64,000 nucleotides of DNA, from positions 160,001 to 224,000 of the forward strand of contig JBFXLE010000004.1 of the NCBI GenBank assembly GCA_050173015.1. Direction: 5' to 3'. The notes beneath the pieces are model-generated. The model searched no databases. It saw only the letters and a list, made by a program, of their open reading frames with translations, and was not told the origin of the DNA. The stretch's first letter is position 1. Each line of letters begins with the position of its first letter. The stretch comes from Calditrichaceae bacterium (GTDB lineage: Bacteria > Calditrichota > Calditrichia > Calditrichales > JBFXGD01). Below are positions 1 to 9,816 of this stretch, one piece after another. The position numbers and the translations under genes are program-made.

Positions 1-1923
1 TACCAGATCGGTATCATGAAAGACCTGCCTCAGCCATATTCCGTTATTGAAGCAAAAAGATTCGATGTACAGGGATACACAGACGCGGGTGACCTGCTTC
101 GAACCGAACAGAATATGCAGGTTGAGGAAGAGTTGAATGGTAAAAAAACAGTAGCGATACGGGGTGGGAATGCCGATGATGTCATTATCCTGTATAACGG
201 TATCAAAATGAACAATAACTATGATAATGTATTTGATTTATCACTTATAAATCTGGAAGATATTGAACATTTTGAAATCATAAGGGGAAGCAATACGGCC
301 ATCTATGGACCGGAGGCATTTTCCGGAGTAATTAATATCGTTCCTAAAACATATAGAAACTATACCGTACGATTTCAACAAAAGTTTGGCACTTATGCCT
401 CCGGAGACTGGAGTTTATTGCTTAATCATAATTTCTTTAAAAAACTGAATTTATCCTACAGCTATAAGCAGGGAGCCTCTAAAAGGGAGTATGCCGACTC
501 ATCTCTTACCGGTGAATATCTGCAGAATAGCCTGTTTTATCATTCCGCCAATGCTGTTTATGATTTCAACGGCGGCACTAAAACAAATTCCGAACAGAAT
601 TTGAGCATCATGTATTTTCGTACCAATCAGGATTATGATAATACCAGATACGAAGAATCATTGTCAAATCTGAACCAGCTTATCACTATGAGATATACCG
701 GTCATATCGGTGTGGTGCATGATTTAAATCTGACCGGCTCGTATCAATGGTATGATATCAGTCAGATCATTGCCGCTCAGAGAGGATTTCTTGACCGTCA
801 GTTCAAAAACAGGTCATTAAATCTGGGTATTGAAAAATCAAAAAAGATTGATCGATTTCAGGTGCTTGCGGCTTATCAGTATGAGTCTAATGAATTGGAT
901 TATCTGGACGGCAGATATGATTTTGATGAATTTCAGCTCGGCCTGGAATCAGCCCTGCTGAAGAACCATAAACACGGCTTTGTTTCCGTCATAAAATTTC
1001 AATCGCCAACCGGATCGGATTTTATGGACAGGGCGGATATTGATCTGAGTTACCGCTATGATTATGTGAAAAATGAGAGGGGTAACGAAGAATACAGAGG
1101 CATTTCCCGCAGGGATGATGAACAGTTCAGATCCGGTCTGAGTCCCGAAAATATATGGTCGGAATCAATGGTAAAGATATCAACTCATTTATCCGGGCAT
1201 AACAAATTTTTTATCATTGATGCTTATCTTAATGCGGGGAAAAATATAAAATTTCCGACATTATTTCAGCAAATGAGCACACCGCTTGCAGTTGGCCCGA
1301 ATTCGCTGGCAAACTCGCCTGAACTCAGTCCGGAAAAAAACCGGACCATTGAGATAGGTATGAAATTTCTGAGAGAAACAGACGACAAGAGCGGACTCAA
1401 TGGTTGGGAATTTAGCGCGAATTATTTCAAAAATTACTATGAAAATAAGTTCAGGATGTACTACCTGCCGTCCATACCCGTTGCGTTCTATGATAATGTT
1501 CAAAACGCGGACATTTCCGGTCTTGAGGGTAAATGGAGTTTGTTTATCTGGAAGAAGAAACTGACACTTGAAGCCGGCGCGTCAAGGTATTTCATTTCTG
1601 AGAAAGCGGCATTTCCATTTAAACATGAGCAGAAATATATAGCGAATGTTTTTATCGATCATGCCGGCTATTCTTTTCAGGTGCACTGGTTTCATGAGAG
1701 CGAACAGCTTGGATGGGTGCGGACGATCGATGGAAATATGTTTGAGGTGATGCTTGAAGGATATTCCAATATGGATATCCATTTGAGCAAGAGTTTTGAA
1801 ATAAAAGAGTTTAAGTTATTTGCAAATATCAGCGGAAGAAATATTCTGAATGTGAACAGGGAGCTCGAGGGAATTGCGCTGAATGACCGTCGATTTTATA
1901 TAACTTTAGGCGTGGAGTATTAA
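1..1923 (+). CDS. TonB-dependent receptor (5' end probably outside window)
   Basis: Frame is open from base 1. Plug motifs IRGG..VIILYNGIKMN and IEHFEIIRGSNTAIYGPEAFSGVINI; aromatic C-terminus (LGVEY). Confidence 0.85.
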   Translation, partial: YQIGIMKDLPQPYSVIEAKRFDVQGYTDAGDLLRTEQNMQVEEELNGKKTVAIRGGNADDVIILYNGIKMNNNYDNVFDLSLINLEDIEHFEIIRGSNTAIYGPEAFSGVINIVPKTYRNYTVRFQQKFGTYASGDWSLLLNHNFFKKLNLSYSYKQGASKREYADSSLTGEYLQNSLFYHSANAVYDFNGGTKTNSEQNLSIMYFRTNQDYDNTRYEESLSNLNQLITMRYTGHIGVVHDLNLTGSYQWYDISQIIAAQRGFLDRQFKNRSLNLGIEKSKKIDRFQVLAAYQYESNELDYLDGRYDFDEFQLGLESALLKNHKHGFVSVIKFQSPTGSDFMDRADIDLSYRYDYVKNERGNEEYRGISRRDDEQFRSGLSPENIWSESMVKISTHLSGHNKFFIIDAYLNAGKNIKFPTLFQQMSTPLAVGPNSLANSPELSPEKNRTIEIGMKFLRETDDKSGLNGWEFSANYFKNYYENKFRMYYLPSIPVAFYDNVQNADISGLEGKWSLFIWKKKLTLEAGASRYFISEKAAFPFKHEQKYIANVFIDHAGYSFQVHWFHESEQLGWVRTIDGNMFEVMLEGYSNMDIHLSKSFEIKEFKLFANISGRNILNVNRELEGIALNDRRFYITLGVEY

Positions 1924-1927
1924 AATC

Positions 1928-2818
1928 GTGGGAAATCAGAAGATTAAAACAGACTTCAGGGCAAAACAGACTATAATGATTTTGCTTCTTACTATTTCGG
2001 TTTTTGTGATTTCTTGTGTGGAGAATCCATTTTGGGATGACAATATTTCATCAAACGACAGGCAGGTTGTTGAAGGGGTCATTGGGTTAAACGATGATTC
2101 CCGGCCTGACAGCGTTTTGGTGTGGCTTGAGGGATTTGATCTTGCTCAAAAAACAAATAAGCTGGGTGAATTTAAACATGAAATTCCTTTGGCTTCTGAA
2201 CAGCCGGGTGGAGGATTAAACGGAGTATACTATTTATATTCTTATCTCGGCAATTACCGGCTGGAGTCACGACCGCTCCTGGTTTTGGATGGTCAGTTTG
2301 ACTATGGTCAGTCAGGGATTGACGATAGAGGAAAAATAAGCGAAGAAATTATCCTGAAAAAACTGCTCCATATAAAAACAAGTATAGTTCCGGCGGAGAT
2401 TTCCACAAATATCTATGTAAAATTTGAGATTACTATCGAACTTGAAAATGCGGTGGATTCCGTTCAGATAATGACATATTTGGATGCAAATAATTATTTT
2501 GGAAGCATCATATTCAGACACATGTCGGTTGATGGAGATGCTATTTTTATCAGAGATCCGGGCGCCGGTTATGTGAGCCTCATGATAACCGAATTAAACA
2601 GGTGGACCATATCATTCAGTATGGACGGGGGATTTTTTACACCCGGTCAATACGAAGTTATTCCCTTTCTGAATGTTGTTCAGGATGAAGATTCGATTCC
2701 ACCCGGGTTGATGAAAAATTTCGGATTCAATGCCGATGGTTTTGAACCGGATTATCTGAATGTTCCTTTTAAGCGTGAAGCAGCGATTCTTACCGTCAAA
2801 AATCCCACTCAGTTTTAA
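1928..2818 (+). CDS. Hypothetical lipoprotein, co-transcribed with the TonB receptor
   Basis: 296-aa ORF 4 nt after the receptor stop; hydrophobic stretch ending in lipobox-like VISC. Confidence 0.65.
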   Translation: MGNQKIKTDFRAKQTIMILLLTISVFVISCVENPFWDDNISSNDRQVVEGVIGLNDDSRPDSVLVWLEGFDLAQKTNKLGEFKHEIPLASEQPGGGLNGVYYLYSYLGNYRLESRPLLVLDGQFDYGQSGIDDRGKISEEIILKKLLHIKTSIVPAEISTNIYVKFEITIELENAVDSVQIMTYLDANNYFGSIIFRHMSVDGDAIFIRDPGAGYVSLMITELNRWTISFSMDGGFFTPGQYEVIPFLNVVQDEDSIPPGLMKNFGFNADGFEPDYLNVPFKREAAILTVKNPTQF

Positions 2819-2860
2819 TCTGGGACTGATTTTAAACGATAAATTTTGAGAATCAGACCC

Positions 2861-2889
2861 TTGTAATCACACGTAATTTAGATTATATT
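2861..2889 (+). promoter_or_regulatory. Sigma70-type promoter of rpsA
   Basis: TTGTAA-17 nt-TATATT, about 70 nt upstream of the rpsA ATG. Confidence 0.55.
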
Positions 2890-2956
2890 AAAAATCTTTA
2901 CTAAAATATTAACCATTAAATGTTTTCTTAATTTACGGAAGGGAGAAATTTAACTT

Positions 2957-4900
2957 ATGTCAGATGAATTAAAGGAAGTTACTAACCCACAAACCCCTGC
3001 AGATGAAATTACATCCGCGGAAGAAAAACCAAAATCAAAAAAGAAGGCTGATGCCGATTCTACCGCGGTTTTAGAAGAAGTCGTCATTAAACTTGAAGAC
3101 TTGCAGGAAGAAAATGAGTATCCCCAGGAAGAAATGGAATTCCTGACAAATATGTACGACCGTACTATGAATGCCATTACGGAAGGGGAAATAGTCGAAG
3201 GCCGAATATTAGATATCACAGATTCTGATGTAATTATAGATATCGGTTTTAAGTCAGAAGGTATAGTTCCGCTTGATGAATTTGTAAATCTGGAAGATTT
3301 AAAGCCTGGCGATGCAGTTGAAGTGTTTTTGGAAACACTTGAAAGCTCTGACGGTCAATTGGTTCTTTCCCGCAAACGTGCGGATTTTCTGCGTGTTTGG
3401 GAAAGAGTTGTCCGTATGCATGAGGATGATGAAATTGTTCCGGGTACAATCACACGCAGAATCAAAGGCGGTATGGTTGTTAATCTGCTTGGTATTGATG
3501 CGTTCCTGCCGGGTTCTCAGATTGATGTCAAACCGATACGGGATTTTGACAGCTATCTCGGCAGAACAATGAATTATAAAATTGTAAAAGTAAATCATGC
3601 CCGCAAGAACATTGTCGTTTCATCAAGAGTGTTGATCGAAAAAGAAATGGAAAGTCAGCGCGGCGAGATCCTCAAGACTCTCGAGAAAGGTCAGAAACGA
3701 ATCGGGTCGGTTAAAAATATTACTGATTTCGGTGTGTTTATTGATCTTGGCGGCGTCGACGGATTACTGCATATAACCGATTTAAGCTGGGGTCGCGTAA
3801 ATCACCCCTCAGAATTGGTTAAGCTTGATCAGCAATTAGAAGTTATGATCCTGGATTTTAATGAAAACAAAGATCGTATTTCTCTCGGCTTGAAGCAGCT
3901 TCAGCCCCATCCATGGGAAAACGTTGAGAAGAAATATCCGGTTGGTAGTGTAATTAAAGGCAAAGTTGTAAGCATCACGGATTATGGCGCATTTATCGAG
4001 TTGGAAAAAGGCATTGAAGGATTGATTCATATTTCTGAAATGTCCTGGTCACAGCATATTAAACACCCGAGCCAGTTATTGTCCGTAGGTCAGGAAATTG
4101 AAGCTGTTGTGCTCAATATCGCGGCAACAGATAAGAAGATTTCGCTTGGTCTTAAACAGTTGGAACCGGATCCATGGGAGCATGTTGAAGGTAAGTATCC
4201 TGTCGGTACTATTCATAAAGGTGTTGTCCGGAACATTACACAGTTTGGCGCCTTTGTCGAACTCGAAGAAGGAATTGACGGACTGGTTCATATTTCCGAT
4301 CTGTCCTGGACCAAAAAGGTTCGCCACCCTAGTGAAATAGTAAAAAAAGCCGATGAAATTGAAGTTGTTGTCCTCGGAATTAACCGGGAAGAAAGAAGAA
4401 TCGCTCTTGGCCATAAACAGGTGGATGCCAATCCCTGGGATGCTTTTGAAGAGAATTACAGTGTTGAAACAGAAACCACAGGCAAGATTACACGACTGAT
4501 TGAAAAAGGCGCAATCATCACTTTACCAATGGGTGTTGATGGTTTTGTACCAAATCAGCATATGGGTCTGCCAAAGGGTAAAAAAGCATCTGATGTTTAT
4601 AATGTCGGTGATGATATTCCCGCGAAGGTGATCGAATTCGATAAGGATAACAAAAAAATCGTTCTTTCTGTTAATGCTTATTTTAAAGACAAGGAAAGAG
4701 AAGAATGGGAGAAATATCTGAATTCTCATGGTATTTCAAAAACGACTCTTGAAGATATCGCAAAAACAGATGGTACTGATCTGGCTGATATTGCTGATGA
4801 CAGCGAAACAGAAACACCAAAAACTTCAGAAACCAAAACTGAAGAGGTAAGTGAATCTGCCGATGATCAGGAAAGCGAAGAGACTAAAGAAGACAAGTAA
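2957..4900 (+). CDS. rpsA: 30S ribosomal protein S1
   Basis: Six S1 repeats (DIGFKSEG, AFLPGSQID, FGVFIDLGGVDGLLHITDLSW, YGAFIELEKGIEGLIHISEMSW and others); acidic tails. Confidence 0.97.
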   Translation: MSDELKEVTNPQTPADEITSAEEKPKSKKKADADSTAVLEEVVIKLEDLQEENEYPQEEMEFLTNMYDRTMNAITEGEIVEGRILDITDSDVIIDIGFKSEGIVPLDEFVNLEDLKPGDAVEVFLETLESSDGQLVLSRKRADFLRVWERVVRMHEDDEIVPGTITRRIKGGMVVNLLGIDAFLPGSQIDVKPIRDFDSYLGRTMNYKIVKVNHARKNIVVSSRVLIEKEMESQRGEILKTLEKGQKRIGSVKNITDFGVFIDLGGVDGLLHITDLSWGRVNHPSELVKLDQQLEVMILDFNENKDRISLGLKQLQPHPWENVEKKYPVGSVIKGKVVSITDYGAFIELEKGIEGLIHISEMSWSQHIKHPSQLLSVGQEIEAVVLNIAATDKKISLGLKQLEPDPWEHVEGKYPVGTIHKGVVRNITQFGAFVELEEGIDGLVHISDLSWTKKVRHPSEIVKKADEIEVVVLGINREERRIALGHKQVDANPWDAFEENYSVETETTGKITRLIEKGAIITLPMGVDGFVPNQHMGLPKGKKASDVYNVGDDIPAKVIEFDKDNKKIVLSVNAYFKDKEREEWEKYLNSHGISKTTLEDIAKTDGTDLADIADDSETETPKTSETKTEEVSESADDQESEETKEDK

Positions 4901-4921
4901 TAAATATAGTTGAGTTTACAG

Positions 4922-4954
4922 AAAAAAAACCGTCTCGAGCAGACGGTTTTTTTT
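4922..4954 (+). terminator. Intrinsic terminator after rpsA
   Basis: A8-CCGTCT-cgagc-AGACGG-T8 hairpin. Confidence 0.85.
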
Positions 4955-5067
4955 ATTTTTGCTTATTAATTTTATTTTTAAGTCGATTTACCTACATATA
5001 AATTTTTATATTGTATCCGGAATTCAGACATTCATCGCAAAACCGAGCCTGAGAACACTATTCACCC

Positions 5068-6105
5068 ATGTATTATCAAAAACGGGCTGATATGTTATCT
5101 TTTCAAAATCGGGTATTTTACAACATTGGCATAGATCTGGGCACCGCCAATACCATTGTTTATGTAAATAAAAAAGGGTACATCATTAATGAACCCTCCG
5201 TCATTGCTTTTAAAAGCAGTTCCGATATTATTGCCATCGGAACGGAAGCAAAAAAAATGCTCGGTAAAACCCACAAAGATATTAAAGTCATACGTCCGCT
5301 GGCTGACGGGGTTATAGCAGATTTTGTCGCGGGTGAAGCAATGATAAAGCGATTTATTAAATTGGCTCAGATTCCGCGATTCCTTATTCATAAAATAGTG
5401 ATTGGTGTTCCGACAGGAATTACATCTGTGGAAAAACGGGCTGTCATAGAAAGCGCGCAGGTTGCAGGAGCGAAGAAGGTTTTTCTGGTCACCGAACCAA
5501 TGGCGGCTGCCATAGGTGTCGGGCTGGATGTACTCGGATCAAATGCCTGTATGATCGTCGATATTGGAGGTGGAACCGCCGATATTGCAGTAATAAATTA
5601 CGGGGGCATTGTGGTGGATAATACGCTCCGCATTGCCGGTGATGAAATGAACGAGGCTATCGTTCGATATTTTAAGAATAATTATCATATCCGTATCGGA
5701 GAAATGACCGCTGAAACATTAAAAATTGACTATGGCACAGCCTTCAGCAATAATCATTCAAAAATGTTTGAAATCAAAGGAATTGATTACCAGACATCCA
5801 TTCCAAGACAACTTCTGCTTTCAAATGATATCTTCGCCGATGCCCTTCATGAAGTGTTAAATACGATCACTAATGCCATATTATCCACTCTTGATCAGCT
5901 GCCTCCGGAACTGGCAAGTGATATCATAGACCGCGGTCTGATTCTCACCGGAGGCGGAGCATTGCTCAGCGGTCTCGATGACTATCTCAGAGAAAGGATC
6001 AATATCCCGGTAAGCCGTCCGGAAAATGCCCTTTATTGCGTTGCGGAAGGGACGAGAAAAATTCTGGAGTCATTTGATTACTATAAGCCGGTACTATTTT
6101 GCTAA
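5068..6105 (+). CDS. mreB: MreB-family actin-like protein
   Basis: IGIDLGTANT, EPSVIA, IRPLADGVIADF, EPMAAAIG, DIGGGT and LTGGGALL motifs. Confidence 0.9.
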   Translation: MYYQKRADMLSFQNRVFYNIGIDLGTANTIVYVNKKGYIINEPSVIAFKSSSDIIAIGTEAKKMLGKTHKDIKVIRPLADGVIADFVAGEAMIKRFIKLAQIPRFLIHKIVIGVPTGITSVEKRAVIESAQVAGAKKVFLVTEPMAAAIGVGLDVLGSNACMIVDIGGGTADIAVINYGGIVVDNTLRIAGDEMNEAIVRYFKNNYHIRIGEMTAETLKIDYGTAFSNNHSKMFEIKGIDYQTSIPRQLLLSNDIFADALHEVLNTITNAILSTLDQLPPELASDIIDRGLILTGGGALLSGLDDYLRERINIPVSRPENALYCVAEGTRKILESFDYYKPVLFC

Positions 6106-6681
6106 TTCGGGATTTCCTAGAAAAAAGTGTTGAAGTGTAAGCATGGTTTTTCCGTCAACGAGTTCACCCCTCATCAATTTTTGATACAGTTCTGCGCGAT
6201 TGATTTTAATAATTTCAATGTCTTCATGTTCATCTATAACACCGCCTCCCGCGAATTTTTTATCTTCTGAATTACAGTAACCTATATATAAATGCATTTT
6301 TTCTGTACTCGCGCCGGGGCTGACAAAAACGGTACAAATGTATTCAAAATCTGTAATCACATATCCGGATTCTTCAATACATTCTCTGTAAGCGCAATCA
6401 AGCGGGCTCTCATTGTCCAGCATTCCTGCGACTATTTCATCAAGCCATCCGGATAATCCCGAATCATATACGGCAAACCTGAATTGTCTCACAAGAATAA
6501 AAACATCTTCATCCCTGACATATATAAGGACGCCGACCGAATTACCACGTTCAAAATTTAACCTCCTTATGGTCTCTGACCAGTCACCGGAAAATTTTTT
6601 GTGTTGAAGTCTTATATCATCCACTTTAAAAAGATCATCAAGCAGACGTTTTCTTCCCAGGATTTTTACTTCCATTACCAC
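6094..6681 (-). CDS. Nudix hydrolase (ADP-ribose/GDP-mannose pyrophosphatase-like)
   Basis: Nudix box AGMLDNESPLDCAYRECIEESG; SPGASTE and DGKT motifs. Confidence 0.88.
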   Translation of the reverse strand: MVMEVKILGRKRLLDDLFKVDDIRLQHKKFSGDWSETIRRLNFERGNSVGVLIYVRDEDVFILVRQFRFAVYDSGLSGWLDEIVAGMLDNESPLDCAYRECIEESGYVITDFEYICTVFVSPGASTEKMHLYIGYCNSEDKKFAGGGVIDEHEDIEIIKINRAELYQKLMRGELVDGKTMLTLQHFFLGNPELAK

Positions 6682-6874
6682 CTCATAAATGAAAATTTTT
6701 CAAAAGTACCTTTAGCGCAGGCATGATGCAAATCTTAATTTTATTACCCCGATGTTCGTATCAATTGACATGGCCTCTTTTACCCTGAATGTAAAATCTC
6801 AATGAAATAAAATGAGCGATATGAGCGTTATTTAAAGAGAAACCAATTACATATATATTTATTTCGGAATAGTA

Positions 6875-7852
6875 ATGAATAATAATATCATTGATGGAAA
6901 TAATTTTAAAAAAATACGGGTCGGGATCAGCAGTTGTTTACTCGGCTTAAATGTCAGGTTTGACGGTGGGCATAAAAAAGATCCATATATCACGAGTACA
7001 CTTGGAGAATACTTTGAATGGGTTCCGGTATGCCCTGAAGTTGAAACAGGTATGGGAATTCCGAGAGAGAGCATAAGACTGAAGGGAGAGAGTGATCAGC
7101 CGAGATTAATAGCACAAAAAAGCGGAAAAGATCATACTAACCAAATGAATGAATATGCCAGAAATAAAATTACTGAGCTGTCAGAACCCGGGATATCGGG
7201 TTATATAGTTAAAAAAGGGTCCCCAACCTGCGGGATGTGGAGGGTTCGTGTTTATAATGATAAAAATATGCCGTCAAACAGCGGCACCGGTTTGTATGCA
7301 AAAATTTTGATGGAATCCTATCCGCTGCTGCCGGTTGAAGAAGAAGGGCGTCTGAATGATATTCGGCTTCGTGAAAACTTTGTGGAAAGGGTCTTCACAT
7401 TTAACCGTTTGCTGGATTTTTTAGGCCATGATCCGGGGCCTTCCGAGTTTATCCGGTTTCACTCGAGACATAAATTGATGCTTCTCGCTCACAGTCCCGC
7501 GGGTTTAAGCAAATTAGGAAAAATTGTATCTCAGGCCGGCAATGAGGGCGCAAGCGTGAGAATTAAACAATATTTGCACCTGTTTATGTCAGTTATGAAT
7601 ACAATCGCCAGTGTAAAAAATCATACAAATGTGCTCCACCACATGGCAGGATATTTCAAAAAATTACTCTCTTCTCAAGACAAAAGGGAGCTGGCGTCCC
7701 TGATTGACGAATATCGCAATAAATATGTACCCCTGGTCGTTCCACTGACGCTGATCAATCATCACTTACGGAATTACCCGGTACCATGGATTCAGGATCA
7801 GATTTATTTGAATCCTTATCCCAGAGAATTATTGCTAAGAAATTCAATCTGA
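6875..7852 (+). CDS. YbgA-family DUF523/DUF1722 protein (2-thiouracil desulfurase-like N-domain)
   Basis: GISSCLLG..VRFDGGHK, VCPEVETGMGIPRE, KKGSPTCG, PVEEEGRLND and YLNPYP motifs. Confidence 0.9.
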   Translation: MNNNIIDGNNFKKIRVGISSCLLGLNVRFDGGHKKDPYITSTLGEYFEWVPVCPEVETGMGIPRESIRLKGESDQPRLIAQKSGKDHTNQMNEYARNKITELSEPGISGYIVKKGSPTCGMWRVRVYNDKNMPSNSGTGLYAKILMESYPLLPVEEEGRLNDIRLRENFVERVFTFNRLLDFLGHDPGPSEFIRFHSRHKLMLLAHSPAGLSKLGKIVSQAGNEGASVRIKQYLHLFMSVMNTIASVKNHTNVLHHMAGYFKKLLSSQDKRELASLIDEYRNKYVPLVVPLTLINHHLRNYPVPWIQDQIYLNPYPRELLLRNSI

Positions 7853-7920
7853 ATCAAATTTTGCTTATACAGAGCAAATGGATTTATAAATGGTGAAAGT
7901 AGAGGCGGGAATACTTATCA

Positions 7921-8370
7921 ATGAAATATCATAAATTTACAACCCAAACCATCATCGAAAAACCCCTGGAAACGGTTTTTTCCTATTTTGGCGACGCGGC
8001 GAATTTGCAGGATCTGACGCCTCCATGGTTACATTTCAAAATTATCACTAAACTTCCGATAGATATGAAAAAAGACGCTCTGATTGACTATCAGTTAAAA
8101 TTGTACGGAATACCATTTCATTGGCAAACAAAAATTTTAGGATGGAGCCCTCCGGATCATTTTGTAGATATCCAACTCAAAGGTCCTTACAAAGAGTGGA
8201 TTCATATTCATCGCTTTGAAAAACAGGGTAAAAATACGATTATGAATGACCAAGTTTATTATTCTCTGCCTTTTGGCTGGTTAAGTATTCCGGCGCGGTA
8301 TTTACTTGTCAGAAAAAATATTGAAAAAATTTTTGATTACAGAAGAAAACAATTGATAAATTTACTCTGA
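7921..8370 (+). CDS. SRPBCC-family protein
   Basis: NLQDLTPPWLHF, FVDIQLKGPYKEWIHIHRF and IFDYRR motifs. Confidence 0.85.
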   Translation: MKYHKFTTQTIIEKPLETVFSYFGDAANLQDLTPPWLHFKIITKLPIDMKKDALIDYQLKLYGIPFHWQTKILGWSPPDHFVDIQLKGPYKEWIHIHRFEKQGKNTIMNDQVYYSLPFGWLSIPARYLLVRKNIEKIFDYRRKQLINLL

Positions 8371-8419
8371 TCCGAGTTGAAAAATAAGGTTATCTATTCA
8401 AATACACTTATTCGTTGAG

Positions 8420-9760
8420 GTGCCGACTATCAATTATCAGAAGAAAAATACAGAACAAGAAGAAATTGTAAATGTTTTTTGGTTCCGCCGGGATTTAAGA
8501 TTGAACGACAACGCGGGATTGTACCATTGTCTGCGGTCCGGTTTGCCCGTTATCCCTGTTTTTATTTTTGACACCGAAATTCTTGATAAGCTTAATGACA
8601 GGAATGACCGGCGTGTGGAATTTATACACAGGTCACTCATGGATATCCAGTCAAAACTGACGTCAAAAAACAGAAGTCTGATGGTCTTACACGGAAGCCC
8701 TAAATCCGTATGGCAAAAACTGATAAAAGATTTCAGGATAAAATCAGTTTATATCAATCACGATTATGAACCTTACGCAATCAGCCGTGATAAAGAAATA
8801 AGTACCCTTCTCCGGAAAAACGGCATTGAATTCCATAGTTATAAAGATCAGGTTATTTTTGAAGAGAAAGAAATTGTTCGTGAAAATGGTCATCCATACT
8901 CCGTTTATACACCATATCGAAAAAAATGGGAGCACTTATTAAGTATCAAAGATCTTACCGGATATACATCGGAACGACTTATTGACCATTTCCGTGTAAT
9001 GAAATCCGAAAAAATTCCTGATCTGGACCGGTTAGGTTTTGTAAAATCAGGATTTATTTATCCGGAAAAGATCATTCATGATAATATTATAGCGGATTAC
9101 GAGAGTAAAAGAGATTTTCCCGGTATCAGAGGAACATCAGGACTAAGCGTGCATTTGAGATTTGGTACCATAAGTATCCGGTATCTGGTAAAAAGGGCGC
9201 TTGAGCTCAATGAAACCTGGTTAAGTGAACTTATCTGGCGAGAATTTTTTATGATGATTTTATGGCACTTTCCGAGAGTGATCAATGAGCCTTTCAGAAG
9301 AAAATATAAAAATATTCCGTGGCGGGATGATCCGGAAGGTTTTGAACGCTGGAGCGCCGGAACAACCGGTTACCCGATTGTCGATGCCGGGATGCGGGAA
9401 CTGAATCAGACCGGTTTGATGCATAATCGCGTTCGAATGATCACGGCGGGCTTTCTCACAAAACATTTACTGATTGACTGGAGAAAAGGGGAGAGATATT
9501 TTGCTGAAAAATTGCTGGACTTTGATCTGGCGGCCAATAACGGCAATTGGCAGTGGGCTGCAGGCTGTGGATGTGACGCGGCGCCATATTTCAGAATATT
9601 TAATCCGCTAATCCAGGCAAAAAAGTATGATGCCGATCTTATGTATATTAAAAAATGGGTTCCTGAAGTTGAAACTTCAGATTACCCGTCACCGGTTGTT
9701 GAACATTCTTATGCGCGGAACAGAGCCCTGGATGTATATAAATCAGCTGTGATAGAATAA
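8420..9760 (+). CDS. phrB: Deoxyribodipyrimidine photolyase (class I CPD)
   Basis: WFRRDLRLNDN, SVHLRFGTIS, ELIWREFF, GYPIVDAGMREL, MHNRVRM and NNGNWQW motifs. Confidence 0.93.
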   Translation: MPTINYQKKNTEQEEIVNVFWFRRDLRLNDNAGLYHCLRSGLPVIPVFIFDTEILDKLNDRNDRRVEFIHRSLMDIQSKLTSKNRSLMVLHGSPKSVWQKLIKDFRIKSVYINHDYEPYAISRDKEISTLLRKNGIEFHSYKDQVIFEEKEIVRENGHPYSVYTPYRKKWEHLLSIKDLTGYTSERLIDHFRVMKSEKIPDLDRLGFVKSGFIYPEKIIHDNIIADYESKRDFPGIRGTSGLSVHLRFGTISIRYLVKRALELNETWLSELIWREFFMMILWHFPRVINEPFRRKYKNIPWRDDPEGFERWSAGTTGYPIVDAGMRELNQTGLMHNRVRMITAGFLTKHLLIDWRKGERYFAEKLLDFDLAANNGNWQWAAGCGCDAAPYFRIFNPLIQAKKYDADLMYIKKWVPEVETSDYPSPVVEHSYARNRALDVYKSAVIE

Positions 9761-9816
9761 AAAATCGCCAGAAAGACGGGTAATAAGTTAATTATGAAGA
9801 GTATATGGATTAAAAA

